From assembly GCA_964467255.1 (NCBI GenBank), contig CAYXPR010000009.1, forward strand, positions 15,139 to 79,138: a DNA stretch of 64,000 nucleotides, given 5' to 3'. The notes under the pieces were generated by a model, which saw only the letters and a program-made list of their open reading frames with translations, searched no databases and had not been told where the DNA came from. Below are positions 1 through 12,548 of this stretch, piece by piece. Position 1 is the stretch's first letter; every line of letters begins with the position of its first letter. Made by a program: the position numbers and the translations under genes. The DNA is from an uncultured Rickettsiales bacterium. GTDB taxonomy: Bacteria > Pseudomonadota > Alphaproteobacteria > Rickettsiales > RGZB01.

Positions 1-239
1 AACAGTGCCCGACTCAGACAATTGTGGTGCTGATATATAGCGCGCCTCAGCCCATCCCCTATAAAGGCCAATTCGTGGAAGATATTTTGCTCAAACAAAA
101 CACGCTGACAGATAACAGCAGGGTGATTGTGAGTAGCTATTATGATGCAGCAAAAGATAAACACATGCTTGACGCGCTACAGCAGAAATTTCCCGGATAT
201 ACGGTGTGTTATTATCAGGTGGATTATTATGAGCATTAA
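1..239 (+). CDS. 3' end of an unidentified protein-coding gene (partial, runs off the left edge)
   Basis: The frame of ORF 24..239 stays open back to nt 3, so the listed GTG is probably internal. No family motif recognised. A hand count of nt 61-240 gives about 39% GC, against about 55-63% in neighbouring lines. Confidence 0.3.
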   Translation, partial: QCPTQTIVVLIYSAPQPIPYKGQFVEDILLKQNTLTDNSRVIVSSYYDAAKDKHMLDALQQKFPGYTVCYYQVDYYEH

Positions 240-253
240 AGCGGCGCGGTGAG

Positions 254-3200
254 TCAACAGCCCGGTGTGCCAGTCCCGGTATCGTTTTTGGTGCGCGCTT
301 CCATCGCTCCTTGCCAATTGCCTGCGCGCTCGGCGCTAGGTGTGGTGGCGTAGGTAAGGAAGGCGGCACGGTCATCCCCTGTATACCCCATGCGTGTGGC
401 AAACGCCTCGGCTTGTGCGAGAGTGGCGGGGTGGCCCTCGAGCCATTTTTTGACCTGAACATCGTGCATTTTTACACCACTTTTGTTTTGGATGTCTTTC
501 GCAAGACCGTTATTGCTTAAGTTTTCCTGATTCATGACGGTCTCCACGAATTTCTGGAAGGTAAAGCTTTCGTCAGTGCGTGATTTTTCAAGCAGTGCGG
601 CAGGAGAAATAATGGTTTCAGGGTTGATATATTTCCCGCGCGCCAGCGCCACAAAATCGCGTACGTCATCCGGCGCTTCGTAGCCGATGAATTTGGCGCA
701 GGCTTCTGCGATGGCATCGTTCTGTGCGAAGGTTTGGCCCCGTTCCCACTTGCCGATATTGCTGCCGGTAATGCCCTGATGCCCACCATGTACCACCCCG
801 AGATATTTACCGAACTCCGCTTGCGTGAGGCGCATCTGCGTGCGTGCGGTGTGAATCAATTTGCCGAAGTCTGCATCCTTGCGTGCATCGGTGATTAACT
901 CGTTGAGGGTTTTATCGAACGGCACGCCTAAAAACACATTGCTGATGCCGCGCGCAAAAGCGTCGTTGAAAGGGGAGAAGGCGGTACCAAGCTGGTCAAG
1001 GCTTTCGTAGCTAAGATTTTCTAGTTTTCTCCCGCCGGTGTGGACGGCGCCGATAGTATCAGTGCTTACCAGAATGGTTTCGCCTTTGCGCCCTTTCTTG
1101 CGAGTGAGTTCGCTCAGGCGTTTTTCGGTAAGGCCGCTTTGCGCGAGCAAATCATCGAAGGTTTCTTTGGCAACGGTTCCGGCGTCTTCTCCTTTTAGCA
1201 AACGCTCCTGCGCCACGCTGATGATGATGCGCGGCTCGGGAAGGTTCGGGTCGCCGCGGCCTAATTGCCAGAGCAGCAATTCCTGATGCGGTGTGAGGCG
1301 GAAGGCTTTTACCAGCATTTCCACTTCGCGCCCGCTTTTTACTTTCTCTCCTTCAAACAAATGGACGCTGCCTTCGTTAAAGCCCACCATGCGCCGGAAG
1401 GCGCGATCCGAAATATTCCACCCTTTTTCAGCGCTTGTGAAACGAGAGATGAATTCTTCAAGGCTGTGCCCGCCACCGGCGATGTAATCTTCCAGCAAGA
1501 TACCAAACGGCTTTTTTTGTGCGCGGTTGGCTTGTGTATAAGCGCCGCGCACCGCAGAATCGGGGCTTATGCCAAGGCCCTGCATAAGGCCGTCGATGGT
1601 CTTATCGTCCTGCGGATAATGGCGCGTATGGCAGTTATGCACCGTACCGATGGGGACACCACTGCGCTCAGAAATACCAGCCGCTGTAAAAGCACCACCT
1701 TTGGCTTTGTTCACCAGACCATCGACAATATCCTGCGAGGTGGTGGCCATGGTGGCACCACCGAACGCGCGCTGAACAGATAATTTTTCTGGCTCGGTGA
1801 TTTTTGCCAACTCTTTAGCAGGCAGGCCACTCAAAACATCGGTATAATGCGCGCTGATGTGGAAGAACTCGCATAAGGTGCGCATATTTTCAGCGGAGGG
1901 AATAAGCTCGCCCTTCGCGTAGGCTTCGAGTGTTTTGCCATAAATCCCCACATAAAAACCGAGTGCATCGAGATTGAGTGGGACGGTTTCAAACATGCGC
2001 TTGCAGAAAGACTGGCAAGTGAATTCGGGTGTGCCCGCTAAGTGGGGTACATCGCGCTCAATCACGAAATGTATTTTCCGCTGGATGGCCGAAAAGTCAT
2101 GCGCATGGCGCAGCTCGGCGCGCTGCAACGTGTCGAGCCCCAGAATGTCGCCGATGACGCGCGCTTTACGCGGTGTGGGGAGCGTGCGGTCGTGACGGAA
2201 ACTATCAATCATTTGTTCCGACACATTATAACCGCGCTGCTTTAACCCTTCGGACATCATTGCGTTTGTGGTGTTCGTCCAGTGCATGAGGGTGGAAAGC
2301 ACCTGACCATAGGTTTCAAGCCCGTTATTGCGGCGGGCGTTGACGTAGTCATAGCCTTTCACATTGCCATAAAAATCTTCGGCCGCTTTTTCAAATGCGG
2401 TGCGCTTTTCATAGACAGGACCTTCTTTCGGAAGCAGGCCGGCGTCGCCAAACAACCATTCCCCCAGCTTGCTGGCCAGCAATGAGGGCGAATGGGTGGC
2501 GGGCGCAGGCATAAAACCCTGCAGGACTTTGCGCTCGATACCGACATCGGTCAAAAAGGCTCTTTCCACGTCAGCCGGCGTAACGGGTGCTGTGGCGGCA
2601 AGCAGATTGAGCGACTGCGCGCGCGCCTTAAGCAACTCCTCATAGGCGAGGTAAAATGGGTGTTCGATTGTTTCAGACACGGGGCGGGTGAGCAACCGGC
2701 GGGTGTTGGCAGAAGTTACCGCAGGTGCGGGGTGTGGCGTCGGAGGGTGCGCGAGCACGCGCTCGCCAAAATGGGTCTCCAGCAGCTCCGGCTCGACGCT
2801 GATGACGCGATACGGATGCCCGAACTCATTGCGGCCTTTGGTTTCATATTCGCGGTGCTTCAGGTGCCCGAGCGTGCTGAATTCAGAAGGGCTCATCTCG
2901 CGGATTAAATCAGAACCCGCCATGGTGCGGCGGTAGGCCTCGGTGAGGTAACGTGTGAGGCGCGGGCTGGGCACGGCTGTGTCGCTCATGAGGTCGGTGA
3001 AGTCCTGCTCACTGATGCCGCCCGCGACATCAAGGTCGATGCGGTGCAGCATGTCGGCGGGGCTGACAATATCGAGCGCCAGCATCCACGCCGCCAGCGC
3101 TTCATTAAAATGCTCCGCCTGATAATCACGCAGATCGCCACCGAAATGGAAACTGAGCGTAGGGAGACTTTTTCCCGAACTATCCTCGGCATAATCCACT

Positions 3201-3256
3201 AGGTTTGAAATACGCTTTGCCACAGAACACCCCTTTTTAGTGCGCACGAGACACAC
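254..3256 (-). CDS. ~1000-aa soluble protein built from at least six degenerate XRE/Cro-type helix-turn-helix units (poly-HTH protein)
   Basis: Single uninterrupted 1000-codon ORF. Repeated HTH_XRE-like segments include 'MRLTQAEFGKYLGV..ITGSNIGKWERGQTFAQNDAIAEACAKFIG', 'GKTLEAYAKGELIPSAENMRTLCEFFHIS', 'GVKMHDVQVKKWLEGHPATLAQAEAFATRMGY', 'ISERSGVPIGTVHNCHTRHYPQDDKTIDGLMQGLGIS', 'VSEQMIDSFRHDRTLPTPRKARVIGDILGL' and 'VHLFEGEKVKSGREVEMLVKAFRL'. The N-terminal ~300 aa are unassigned. The start is uncertain: GTG 3256, or GTG 3223 preceded by AAGGGG at 6-nt spacing. Confidence 0.7.
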   Translation of the reverse strand: MCLVRTKKGCSVAKRISNLVDYAEDSSGKSLPTLSFHFGGDLRDYQAEHFNEALAAWMLALDIVSPADMLHRIDLDVAGGISEQDFTDLMSDTAVPSPRLTRYLTEAYRRTMAGSDLIREMSPSEFSTLGHLKHREYETKGRNEFGHPYRVISVEPELLETHFGERVLAHPPTPHPAPAVTSANTRRLLTRPVSETIEHPFYLAYEELLKARAQSLNLLAATAPVTPADVERAFLTDVGIERKVLQGFMPAPATHSPSLLASKLGEWLFGDAGLLPKEGPVYEKRTAFEKAAEDFYGNVKGYDYVNARRNNGLETYGQVLSTLMHWTNTTNAMMSEGLKQRGYNVSEQMIDSFRHDRTLPTPRKARVIGDILGLDTLQRAELRHAHDFSAIQRKIHFVIERDVPHLAGTPEFTCQSFCKRMFETVPLNLDALGFYVGIYGKTLEAYAKGELIPSAENMRTLCEFFHISAHYTDVLSGLPAKELAKITEPEKLSVQRAFGGATMATTSQDIVDGLVNKAKGGAFTAAGISERSGVPIGTVHNCHTRHYPQDDKTIDGLMQGLGISPDSAVRGAYTQANRAQKKPFGILLEDYIAGGGHSLEEFISRFTSAEKGWNISDRAFRRMVGFNEGSVHLFEGEKVKSGREVEMLVKAFRLTPHQELLLWQLGRGDPNLPEPRIIISVAQERLLKGEDAGTVAKETFDDLLAQSGLTEKRLSELTRKKGRKGETILVSTDTIGAVHTGGRKLENLSYESLDQLGTAFSPFNDAFARGISNVFLGVPFDKTLNELITDARKDADFGKLIHTARTQMRLTQAEFGKYLGVVHGGHQGITGSNIGKWERGQTFAQNDAIAEACAKFIGYEAPDDVRDFVALARGKYINPETIISPAALLEKSRTDESFTFQKFVETVMNQENLSNNGLAKDIQNKSGVKMHDVQVKKWLEGHPATLAQAEAFATRMGYTGDDRAAFLTYATTPSAERAGNWQGAMEARTKNDTGTGTPGC

Positions 3257-3287
3257 GTGCCCACCCTTACAGCATAGAGGACAGGTT

Positions 3288-3302
3288 TTAACAAAAGGTT
3301 AA
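3288..3302 (-). promoter_or_regulatory. TTAA-N7-TTAA motif (CtrA-box type) upstream of the poly-HTH gene
   Basis: The minus-strand reading is TTAA CCTTTTG TTAA(a). It lies about 30 nt upstream of GTG 3256, or about 63 nt upstream of GTG 3223. Confidence 0.45.
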
Positions 3303-3362
3303 ATAATATAGTGTTTTAAAAACAGTCGGTTAGTGTGTATTTCTGCGCCGCAGTTTTATGCC

Positions 3363-3378
3363 TTAACGCCTTTTTAAC
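3363..3378 (+). promoter_or_regulatory. TTAA-N7-TTAAC motif (CtrA-box type) upstream of the M20 amidase gene
   Basis: The plus-strand reading is TTAA CGCCTTT TTAAC, 32 nt before the start at 3411. Confidence 0.45.
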
Positions 3379-3410
3379 GAATTGGCGACATACTGTAAGA
3401 GCATGGATAG

Positions 3411-4856
3411 GTGTGCAAGGAGTTGAATTTGCCAGAAGATTTTAAACTAGCGCCGAAGCCGGATTTTGCCCTCGCGGGCAAACTCATCGGTGCGCTTAAA
3501 AAAGCCCACTGGGATAATGAGCCTGAGCGTAAAGGCATGCATGCCTATGGCTATACCAAAGCCGAGCAGGAGGCGATTGATATTGTGGTGGCTGAGGGCG
3601 TGAAGCTGGGCATGGAAGCGTTTTCGGATTTAGCAGGGAATATGTATCTGCTTTCGCGCGGCACAGGTGACGGTGCGAAAACCGACGTGATTGTGTCGCA
3701 CCTCGACACCGTGGAAAAAGGTGGCGTGCATGATGGGCGTGACGGCGTGGTGGCCGGCATAGCGGTGGTTGCCGGATTTAAGCAAAACGGCATTCCACAT
3801 GAGCATGATATCTGCGTGATGATTGCGCGCTCGGAAGAAAGCGATATTAACGGGCAGGTTTCTATCGGCGCAAAAGCGGCGACGGGCAGCCTGTCGCAGC
3901 AAGCGTTGTCGGGCCTTAATAACCGTAAAACAGGCCGCAGTTTGTGGCTTGAAATGAATGAGCTTGGCATACCGATCAGCACCCTTGCCGGAAGGCTTGA
4001 TGCCAGCCCGACATTATTCCCCACGGGGGATGCGGCCAAAGCCCTGATTGGCTTTTTGGTGGAAGCGCATATTGAACAAGGCAGTTATTGCGCCAAGCAG
4101 GATATTAATATCGGCATCGTGAATGCCATTCGTGGGAACACGCGCTTTCTGGATGCAAAGATTACCGGCGAGGCCGCGCACTCGGGCGCGACGTTTGAAG
4201 AAGACCGCGCTGACGCCAACCGCGCTTATGTGAAGCTGATGCATGCAGCAGAAGAATGGTTTGATGTGCAGCGCAGACATGGCCGCGATGTGGTGTTTAC
4301 GCCCGGTAAAGTAAAATCGAATAATGAGTCGGCGACGACCGTGTCAGACAATATAACCTTCTCATTTGAGATACGCTCGGCCGATGAAAAAGTCTTACAA
4401 GACTTTGCCACGTTCATGAAAACGAAGGCCGAAGAAATCGTGTCGAGTCACCCGAATAATAAACTGAAAATTGAATTGCCGAAGGCCAACATTGCCAAGC
4501 CAGCAGAGATGGACAAAGAAGTGATTGCCCATGCGCAGGCGATTGCGAATGAACTTGGCGTTCGCTCCGGCATCGTGACGAGCGGTGCGGGGCACGACAC
4601 GGTGCAGTTTGCCAACACCGGCACGCCGAGCGTGATGCTGTTCATCAAACAGGATGACCCGATTAGCCACAACCCACGTGAGGCGCGCCGCGAGGATAGT
4701 TTTAAGAACGCCTGCAAAATCATTGCGGGGATGATTATGAACCCGCAGGAAAGAACGCAAGAACCCACGCTGCCGCCGGAGGGCCCGAAAAGCTTCCGCG
4801 AATATATTGCGCAGCAGGGTGCCGTGCCCTATGAACCCGGCCAGTGGAAACGCTAA
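3411..4856 (+). CDS. Zn-dependent M20 amidase of the amidase/hydantoinase/carbamoylase family (allantoate amidohydrolase / N-carbamoyl-amino-acid hydrolase type)
   Basis: 'VSHLDTVEKGGVHDGRDGVVAGIAVV' matches the HLD(S/T)V..GG..DG..GV metal-binding block of this family. 'EAHIEQG' and 'SGAGHD' blocks are also present. There is a ~40-aa Pro/Glu-rich C-terminal extension. Confidence 0.8.
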   Translation: MCKELNLPEDFKLAPKPDFALAGKLIGALKKAHWDNEPERKGMHAYGYTKAEQEAIDIVVAEGVKLGMEAFSDLAGNMYLLSRGTGDGAKTDVIVSHLDTVEKGGVHDGRDGVVAGIAVVAGFKQNGIPHEHDICVMIARSEESDINGQVSIGAKAATGSLSQQALSGLNNRKTGRSLWLEMNELGIPISTLAGRLDASPTLFPTGDAAKALIGFLVEAHIEQGSYCAKQDINIGIVNAIRGNTRFLDAKITGEAAHSGATFEEDRADANRAYVKLMHAAEEWFDVQRRHGRDVVFTPGKVKSNNESATTVSDNITFSFEIRSADEKVLQDFATFMKTKAEEIVSSHPNNKLKIELPKANIAKPAEMDKEVIAHAQAIANELGVRSGIVTSGAGHDTVQFANTGTPSVMLFIKQDDPISHNPREARREDSFKNACKIIAGMIMNPQERTQEPTLPPEGPKSFREYIAQQGAVPYEPGQWKR

Positions 4857-4862
4857 AGTGAA

Positions 4863-8035
<3,173 letters not shown>

Positions 8036-8039
<4 letters not shown>

Positions 8040-9247
8040 TCAGCCTCGGCGGGTGCTGCGGCTTCAGGTGCGGCTTCTGCTGCCGGTGCAGCGGCAGGCG
8101 TTGCAGCAGGTGCATCCATTGGCACCATTTCCGGTATGACCGGTGTGCCCGGGCGTGCGCGCTGCAAACCATTCACCACAATTTTATCACCGGCTTTCAG
8201 CCCTTCGGTGACGATGCGCAAACCATCTGCCATGCCGCCAAGCTTTACTTCACGGTAGGCCACGATGTTGTCATCTCCCACGGCGAGGACGAATTTTTTA
8301 TTCTGGTCAGTGCCCACGGCACGGTCAGTAATCAATATGGCATCGACGTCATTCGCGCTGCCCACTGTGATGCGCGCAAACAGACCCGGCACAAGCGTAC
8401 CATCGGTATTTTCAAACATCGCGCGGGCGCGGATGGTGCCTGTGGCGCTGTCGAGGTGATTGTCGAAGGATTCAATCACGCCCGTGTGCACAGCAGCGCT
8501 TCCACTGCCGAGCTCTAAACGTACCGGAATCGCATCGTCATCCACCACCGCTCTGCGGGTGTAGGTGAGGAAAGTGGTTTCATCCATTTCAAAATCCGCA
8601 TAGATAGGCGAATTCGCCACCACGGTGGTGAGCAGCGGCGCGCCCGTGTTGATTTCAACAAGGTTGCCTGCGGTGATTTCCGCACGGCTGACCATGCCGG
8701 AAATGGGCGCGGTGACTTTGGTGTAAGCGAGATTCAGTTTTGCCACCTGCATGGCGGCCTTCGCACTTTGCAGCGACGCTTTTGCGACGCGCAGCGCATT
8801 CTGGCGGCGCTCATATTCGCGCTGCGGAATCACTTTATTTTGAATCAGTCCTTCGGCGCGTTCCATTTCTTTGGCAGCGAGTGTGTGTTCGGCCTCAGCA
8901 GAAGCCAGCGCACCCGCCGCGCGGTTTACTTCGGCCGTGAACGGGCGCGAGTCAATGGTGAAGAGCAAGTCACCTTTTTTCACCTGCGCACCATTGGTGA
9001 AATGCACGGCCTCGATGATGCCCGAAACTTGCGGGCGTACCTCGGCGCGGTCGACCGCGACCAACCTGCCGGAAAAACTTTTCCACGACTGCACGCGGCG
9101 CGAAATCACCTGCGCCACACTCACCGGCGCGGCACCCATTTGATCCATGCCCTGCGGGGCGGAGCCGAACCAACCCGGCACATAATTAATGGCCGCCAGA
9201 ATGAGCAGCACAAAACCAGCCAGAGTGAGCAACGTGGAGCGCCGCAT
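8036..9247 (-). CDS. RND efflux periplasmic adaptor (membrane fusion protein, AcrA/HlyD family)
   Basis: N-terminal TM anchor, a coiled-coil hairpin region (LRVAKASLQSAKAAMQVAKLNLAYTKVTAPISG) and a beta-barrel region. Translationally coupled to the RND permease. Ala/Pro/Glu-rich C-terminal tail. Confidence 0.9.
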
Positions 9248-9477
9248 AAGAAAAGACCCTTCAGGTGATGGAAAATGAATGCGGACGCAGCATGAAACAA
9301 ATTCGCCGTGTAGTCAATAATGCCAGAATGAAATTGTAAAATTATCTTCCTACAGATAATGCGCATAAATATGGTGTATTAGTATGAGACAAACTACAAT
9401 TAATTGATTTGCACTTTACAAACGAAACTCTGTGCCACATGTTTGCGGTAGGGAGTTTTGTCCTGAAGAGAGCTGGT

Positions 9478-10968
9478 ATGGCCAAAAAAATTCGCAAAAC
9501 GCCTGCTGTCCGGCGCAAGGTTCGTTCCGTACACAATACGGGGTCGGTAGCGATCTACGCGATGGTCATGCTGCTTGCCTTCACCGTGCTGTATTTTGGC
9601 ACCCAGCCCTTAATGAATGACCCAGATACGCCGTGGCACGTGGCGGCAGGTGAATATATCCGAGAAATAGGTAGCGTGCCGATGGCGGACCCATGGTCGT
9701 ATGCCACCACACAGGCGCGCTGGTATAATCTTTCATGGGCATGGGACGTGCTTATCAGCGTGGTGGCGGATGGAGCAGGGCTTGGTGGCCTTTTCATTTT
9801 TAGCTGCCTGTGTGGCGCGGGGGTGATTACATTTTTAGCCTTTGTTTTGCGTGCGCGCATCGGCCAGTTTAATGACGCCATTTTTATGGTGCTGGCTATT
9901 GTGGGCGTGACATACATGGCGCAGTATGGCGCCCGCCCGCAACTGGTAACCGAAGCGATGGCGGTGTTGTGGTTGTGGGGTACGCCGCAATTATTGAAGC
10001 AAAAAAAATGGCAGTATGTTCTTCCGCTCAGCATGGTGGTGTGGGTTAATTTCCACGGCGGCTTTTTGGCGGCTTATGCCATTTTAGGCGCCTATGTTTT
10101 TCAGGCATGGCAGAACAAACAAGGCCAGTATGTAAGGCAGGCCGTGATAACCGGCGCCATCAGTACGCTGGCGCTGTGTGCAAACCCGCTGGGCGTGCAT
10201 GTGTTTCAGGGAACGCTGCGCACACTGATTAGCGACATCACGCCGTATCTTTCCGAATGGGGTCCCATGGTGTTCACGGCATCTACGGGTTTTGATATGG
10301 CGCTGATTGCAATGATTGTGGCGTCGGGCTTTAGAGATAAAACCATTCCCGTAGCGGAAAAGATTTTAGCATTCACATGGATGCTGGCGGCGCTGTTTAC
10401 GGTGCGTCATCTTTTTCTAGCGGTGGTGATGGCGGCGCCATATCTGGTGCGTGCGCTGTCAAAAACACTGCCGCATATTCGTGAGTATCACGTGCCGCGC
10501 CGTTCATATCATGGTGTGGCATGCGTGGCGCTCGTTCTTGGGGTGGTGGTGCTGACCGCCATGCCAGTGCGGGAGGCCATCACCCATAAGTCACGCATTC
10601 TTTCAGAAGACCAAATACCGGTCGGCGCGCTTAATTTTATTCGGGAACATTACCCACGCACGCGCTTTCTGAACGAATTTTTTATTGGCGGCCACATGAT
10701 TTACTATAATCGTGATGTGCATCAAGTTTTCACCGATGGCCGTGCAGGTACAGCTTACAGCGAAAAAGACCTTGCTGATATTATTTTGCTGATGAAGGGT
10801 GAGAAGGTGGATGATATTCTCCGCAAACACGATATTGCCGGAGTTATTTTGCCAAGCTGGCGCAATGCCTATAAGATTCCGCAGCTACACAACCCGCGAT
10901 ACTGGCAGAAAGTGTATGATGATGGTGTGGGCGAGGTGTACATACGCGTTGTGCCACACAGAGAGTAA
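9478..10968 (+). CDS. polytopic inner-membrane protein of unknown function (possibly a GT-C-like glycosyltransferase)
   Basis: ORF 9409..10968 trimmed to ATG 9478 (MAKKIRKT..). At least 10 hydrophobic helices followed by a ~120-aa soluble C-terminus. No catalytic motif recognised, so the function is a guess. Confidence 0.6.
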   Translation: MAKKIRKTPAVRRKVRSVHNTGSVAIYAMVMLLAFTVLYFGTQPLMNDPDTPWHVAAGEYIREIGSVPMADPWSYATTQARWYNLSWAWDVLISVVADGAGLGGLFIFSCLCGAGVITFLAFVLRARIGQFNDAIFMVLAIVGVTYMAQYGARPQLVTEAMAVLWLWGTPQLLKQKKWQYVLPLSMVVWVNFHGGFLAAYAILGAYVFQAWQNKQGQYVRQAVITGAISTLALCANPLGVHVFQGTLRTLISDITPYLSEWGPMVFTASTGFDMALIAMIVASGFRDKTIPVAEKILAFTWMLAALFTVRHLFLAVVMAAPYLVRALSKTLPHIREYHVPRRSYHGVACVALVLGVVVLTAMPVREAITHKSRILSEDQIPVGALNFIREHYPRTRFLNEFFIGGHMIYYNRDVHQVFTDGRAGTAYSEKDLADIILLMKGEKVDDILRKHDIAGVILPSWRNAYKIPQLHNPRYWQKVYDDGVGEVYIRVVPHRE

Positions 10969-10981
10969 AGAGAGGAAAAGT

Positions 10982-11692
10982 ATGAAAGCACTACGAATAC
11001 TTGCACCCGTTGCGGTGCTGATAGTGAGTGGATTTGCTGCACAGGCTGCTACGGGCGTGCTGACAGTGATGGCCGAGGGGCTGACGAACGGAAGCATGAT
11101 CAACGAAAAGCATGCCTACTGCATTCCCAAGGACACACACCCCAGTGTGCCTGCCGGTGAAAATAAAAGCCCTGCGCTGCAATGGAGTAAGGGCCCAAAG
11201 GGGACTGAATCTTACGCCATTATTATGGCAGACAGCCAAGTGCCCACCGATTTTTCGATGGCCAATAAAGAAGGCACTGTAGTTTCCGACCGCATGCCCC
11301 GCCAGATTTTTTTCCACTGGGTGCTGGTGGATATTCCGCCGGATATTCACGAGCTTTCACTGGGTGATTTCAGCCGCGATGGTGAGATTGCACTCTATGG
11401 CCGCCACGGCCTGAACGATTACCCGAAATTCCTTGGTAAAACACTCGATGAAAAAACGATTGCGGAATACAGTAATTACGATGGCCCGTGCCCACCATGG
11501 AACGATGAAAAAATGCACAATTATCATTTCCGCGTCTATGCGCTGGATGTGCCCACACTCGAGAATTTAAAAGATCCGTTTACCGGCGCCGATGCCATGA
11601 AGGCGATTGAAGGCCACGTGCTGGCAGAGGGTGAGCTGGTTGGGCACTATACCCTCAACACCAAAATTCTGTTCGAGGAGCAGAAGCGGTAG
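10982..11692 (+). CDS. YbhB/YbcL-family phosphatidylethanolamine-binding (PEBP/RKIP-like) periplasmic protein
   Basis: 'FFHWVLVDIP' and 'HNYHFRVYALD' are the bacterial PEBP signature blocks. Signal peptide MKALRILAPVAVLIVSGFAAQA. ORF 10799..11692 trimmed to ATG 10982. Confidence 0.85.
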   Translation: MKALRILAPVAVLIVSGFAAQAATGVLTVMAEGLTNGSMINEKHAYCIPKDTHPSVPAGENKSPALQWSKGPKGTESYAIIMADSQVPTDFSMANKEGTVVSDRMPRQIFFHWVLVDIPPDIHELSLGDFSRDGEIALYGRHGLNDYPKFLGKTLDEKTIAEYSNYDGPCPPWNDEKMHNYHFRVYALDVPTLENLKDPFTGADAMKAIEGHVLAEGELVGHYTLNTKILFEEQKR

Positions 11693-11700
11693 CGCGCGTT

Positions 11701-12042
11701 TTACTCGCGGCCCGGAATCATGCCGGCGACACACGTGCCACCGATGCAGAGCGGAAAGTAATTTTCGATTTGCAGTTTACTGGGAAGCGTGGGTGGGCAC
11801 ACATAGCCGTTTTTGGAATGCTCGACCATCTCACGCAGATTTTCTCTTCGCCATTTCCGTACCCCTTTTTCAGGAACGGATTTAATGGTGCCACAATAAT
11901 TGTCCTGCACCAGCGCGCAATGTTCATCTTCCATGCAATCAAGGGCTTGGGCAGAAAGAGGCAATGACAGGATGGCCATAAGGCAAAAGCCGACCAGAAA
12001 ACCCCTGAGTATTTTTTGATATAAAAGCATGGAAGGTATCAT
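11701..12042 (-). CDS. small secreted Cys-rich protein, paralogue of 47462..47899
   Basis: Signal peptide ending LSAQA. The mature part carries the pattern C-x2-D-E-x-C-x6-C-G ... C-P-P ... C-x-G-G-x-C, which is shared with the 145-aa protein at 47462. Confidence 0.5.
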   Translation of the reverse strand: MIPSMLLYQKILRGFLVGFCLMAILSLPLSAQALDCMEDEHCALVQDNYCGTIKSVPEKGVRKWRRENLREMVEHSKNGYVCPPTLPSKLQIENYFPLCIGGTCVAGMIPGRE

Positions 12043-12308
12043 ACCCTGCCCGTCATTTTTTTGCTATGAAAAGCAGAATGTTAGAGGTTGGACCCGCATT
12101 GTATAACCCTGATGATAGGTTTGTGGATAAAAAGGGGGCAATTCAACTATAACATTGATTTATAAGGGAAACACCTACTTGTTGTCGGCGAGGGATATTT
12201 GTGCAAGGCGGAAACTGCCACCACAAGATGTAAAATACTCGTGGCAAGTTTAATAAAATCCAATATAATAATGTACATCAGTTCAGAAGACTTAAGGGGG
12301 AGAGGTCT

Positions 12309-12548
12309 ATGAAGAAAGCAAAGCTTGTATTGCCGCTCGTTACGATGCTGGTTTTTTCCGCCTTGCTTTCCGCGTGTAGCGGCCCCTCGAACAAAGCATT
12401 TTCACCACAAGCGGTGATGTCGTCGCAGGATATGATGCGCGGTTATGCGCAATGGCTGCGCGAGAACCAATCGCGCCAAGGCATGGTGATGTCGCCCCCT
12501 GGCGCAAAGCAGCAGGTTCGTCTGCCTGTGCGCATTGCGGAAATCTAA
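12309..12548 (+). CDS. small lipoprotein
   Basis: MKKAKLVLPLVTMLVFSALLSAC has a lipobox (LLSAC). GGGGAGAGG Shine-Dalgarno 5 nt upstream of the ATG. Confidence 0.6.
   Translation: MKKAKLVLPLVTMLVFSALLSACSGPSNKAFSPQAVMSSQDMMRGYAQWLRENQSRQGMVMSPPGAKQQVRLPVRIAEI

Noticed and set aside
10799-10981. N-terminal extensions in the ORF track for several genes: PEBP 10799, HAD 29852, acyl-CoA ligase 43287, purS 63083, thiolase-adjacent orphan 39370, pentapeptide 50333 and nitrilase 48638.
   Set aside because: The extensions overlap upstream genes or lack an RBS. Internal ATGs give canonical N-termini, such as a signal peptide or a conserved family start, and tidy gene junctions.
12122-12130. Isolated perfect DnaA box (TGTGGATAA) in the 266-bp gap upstream of the small lipoprotein gene.
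   Set aside because: It is a single 9-mer with no neighbouring boxes. Roughly one perfect match per window of this size is expected by chance.
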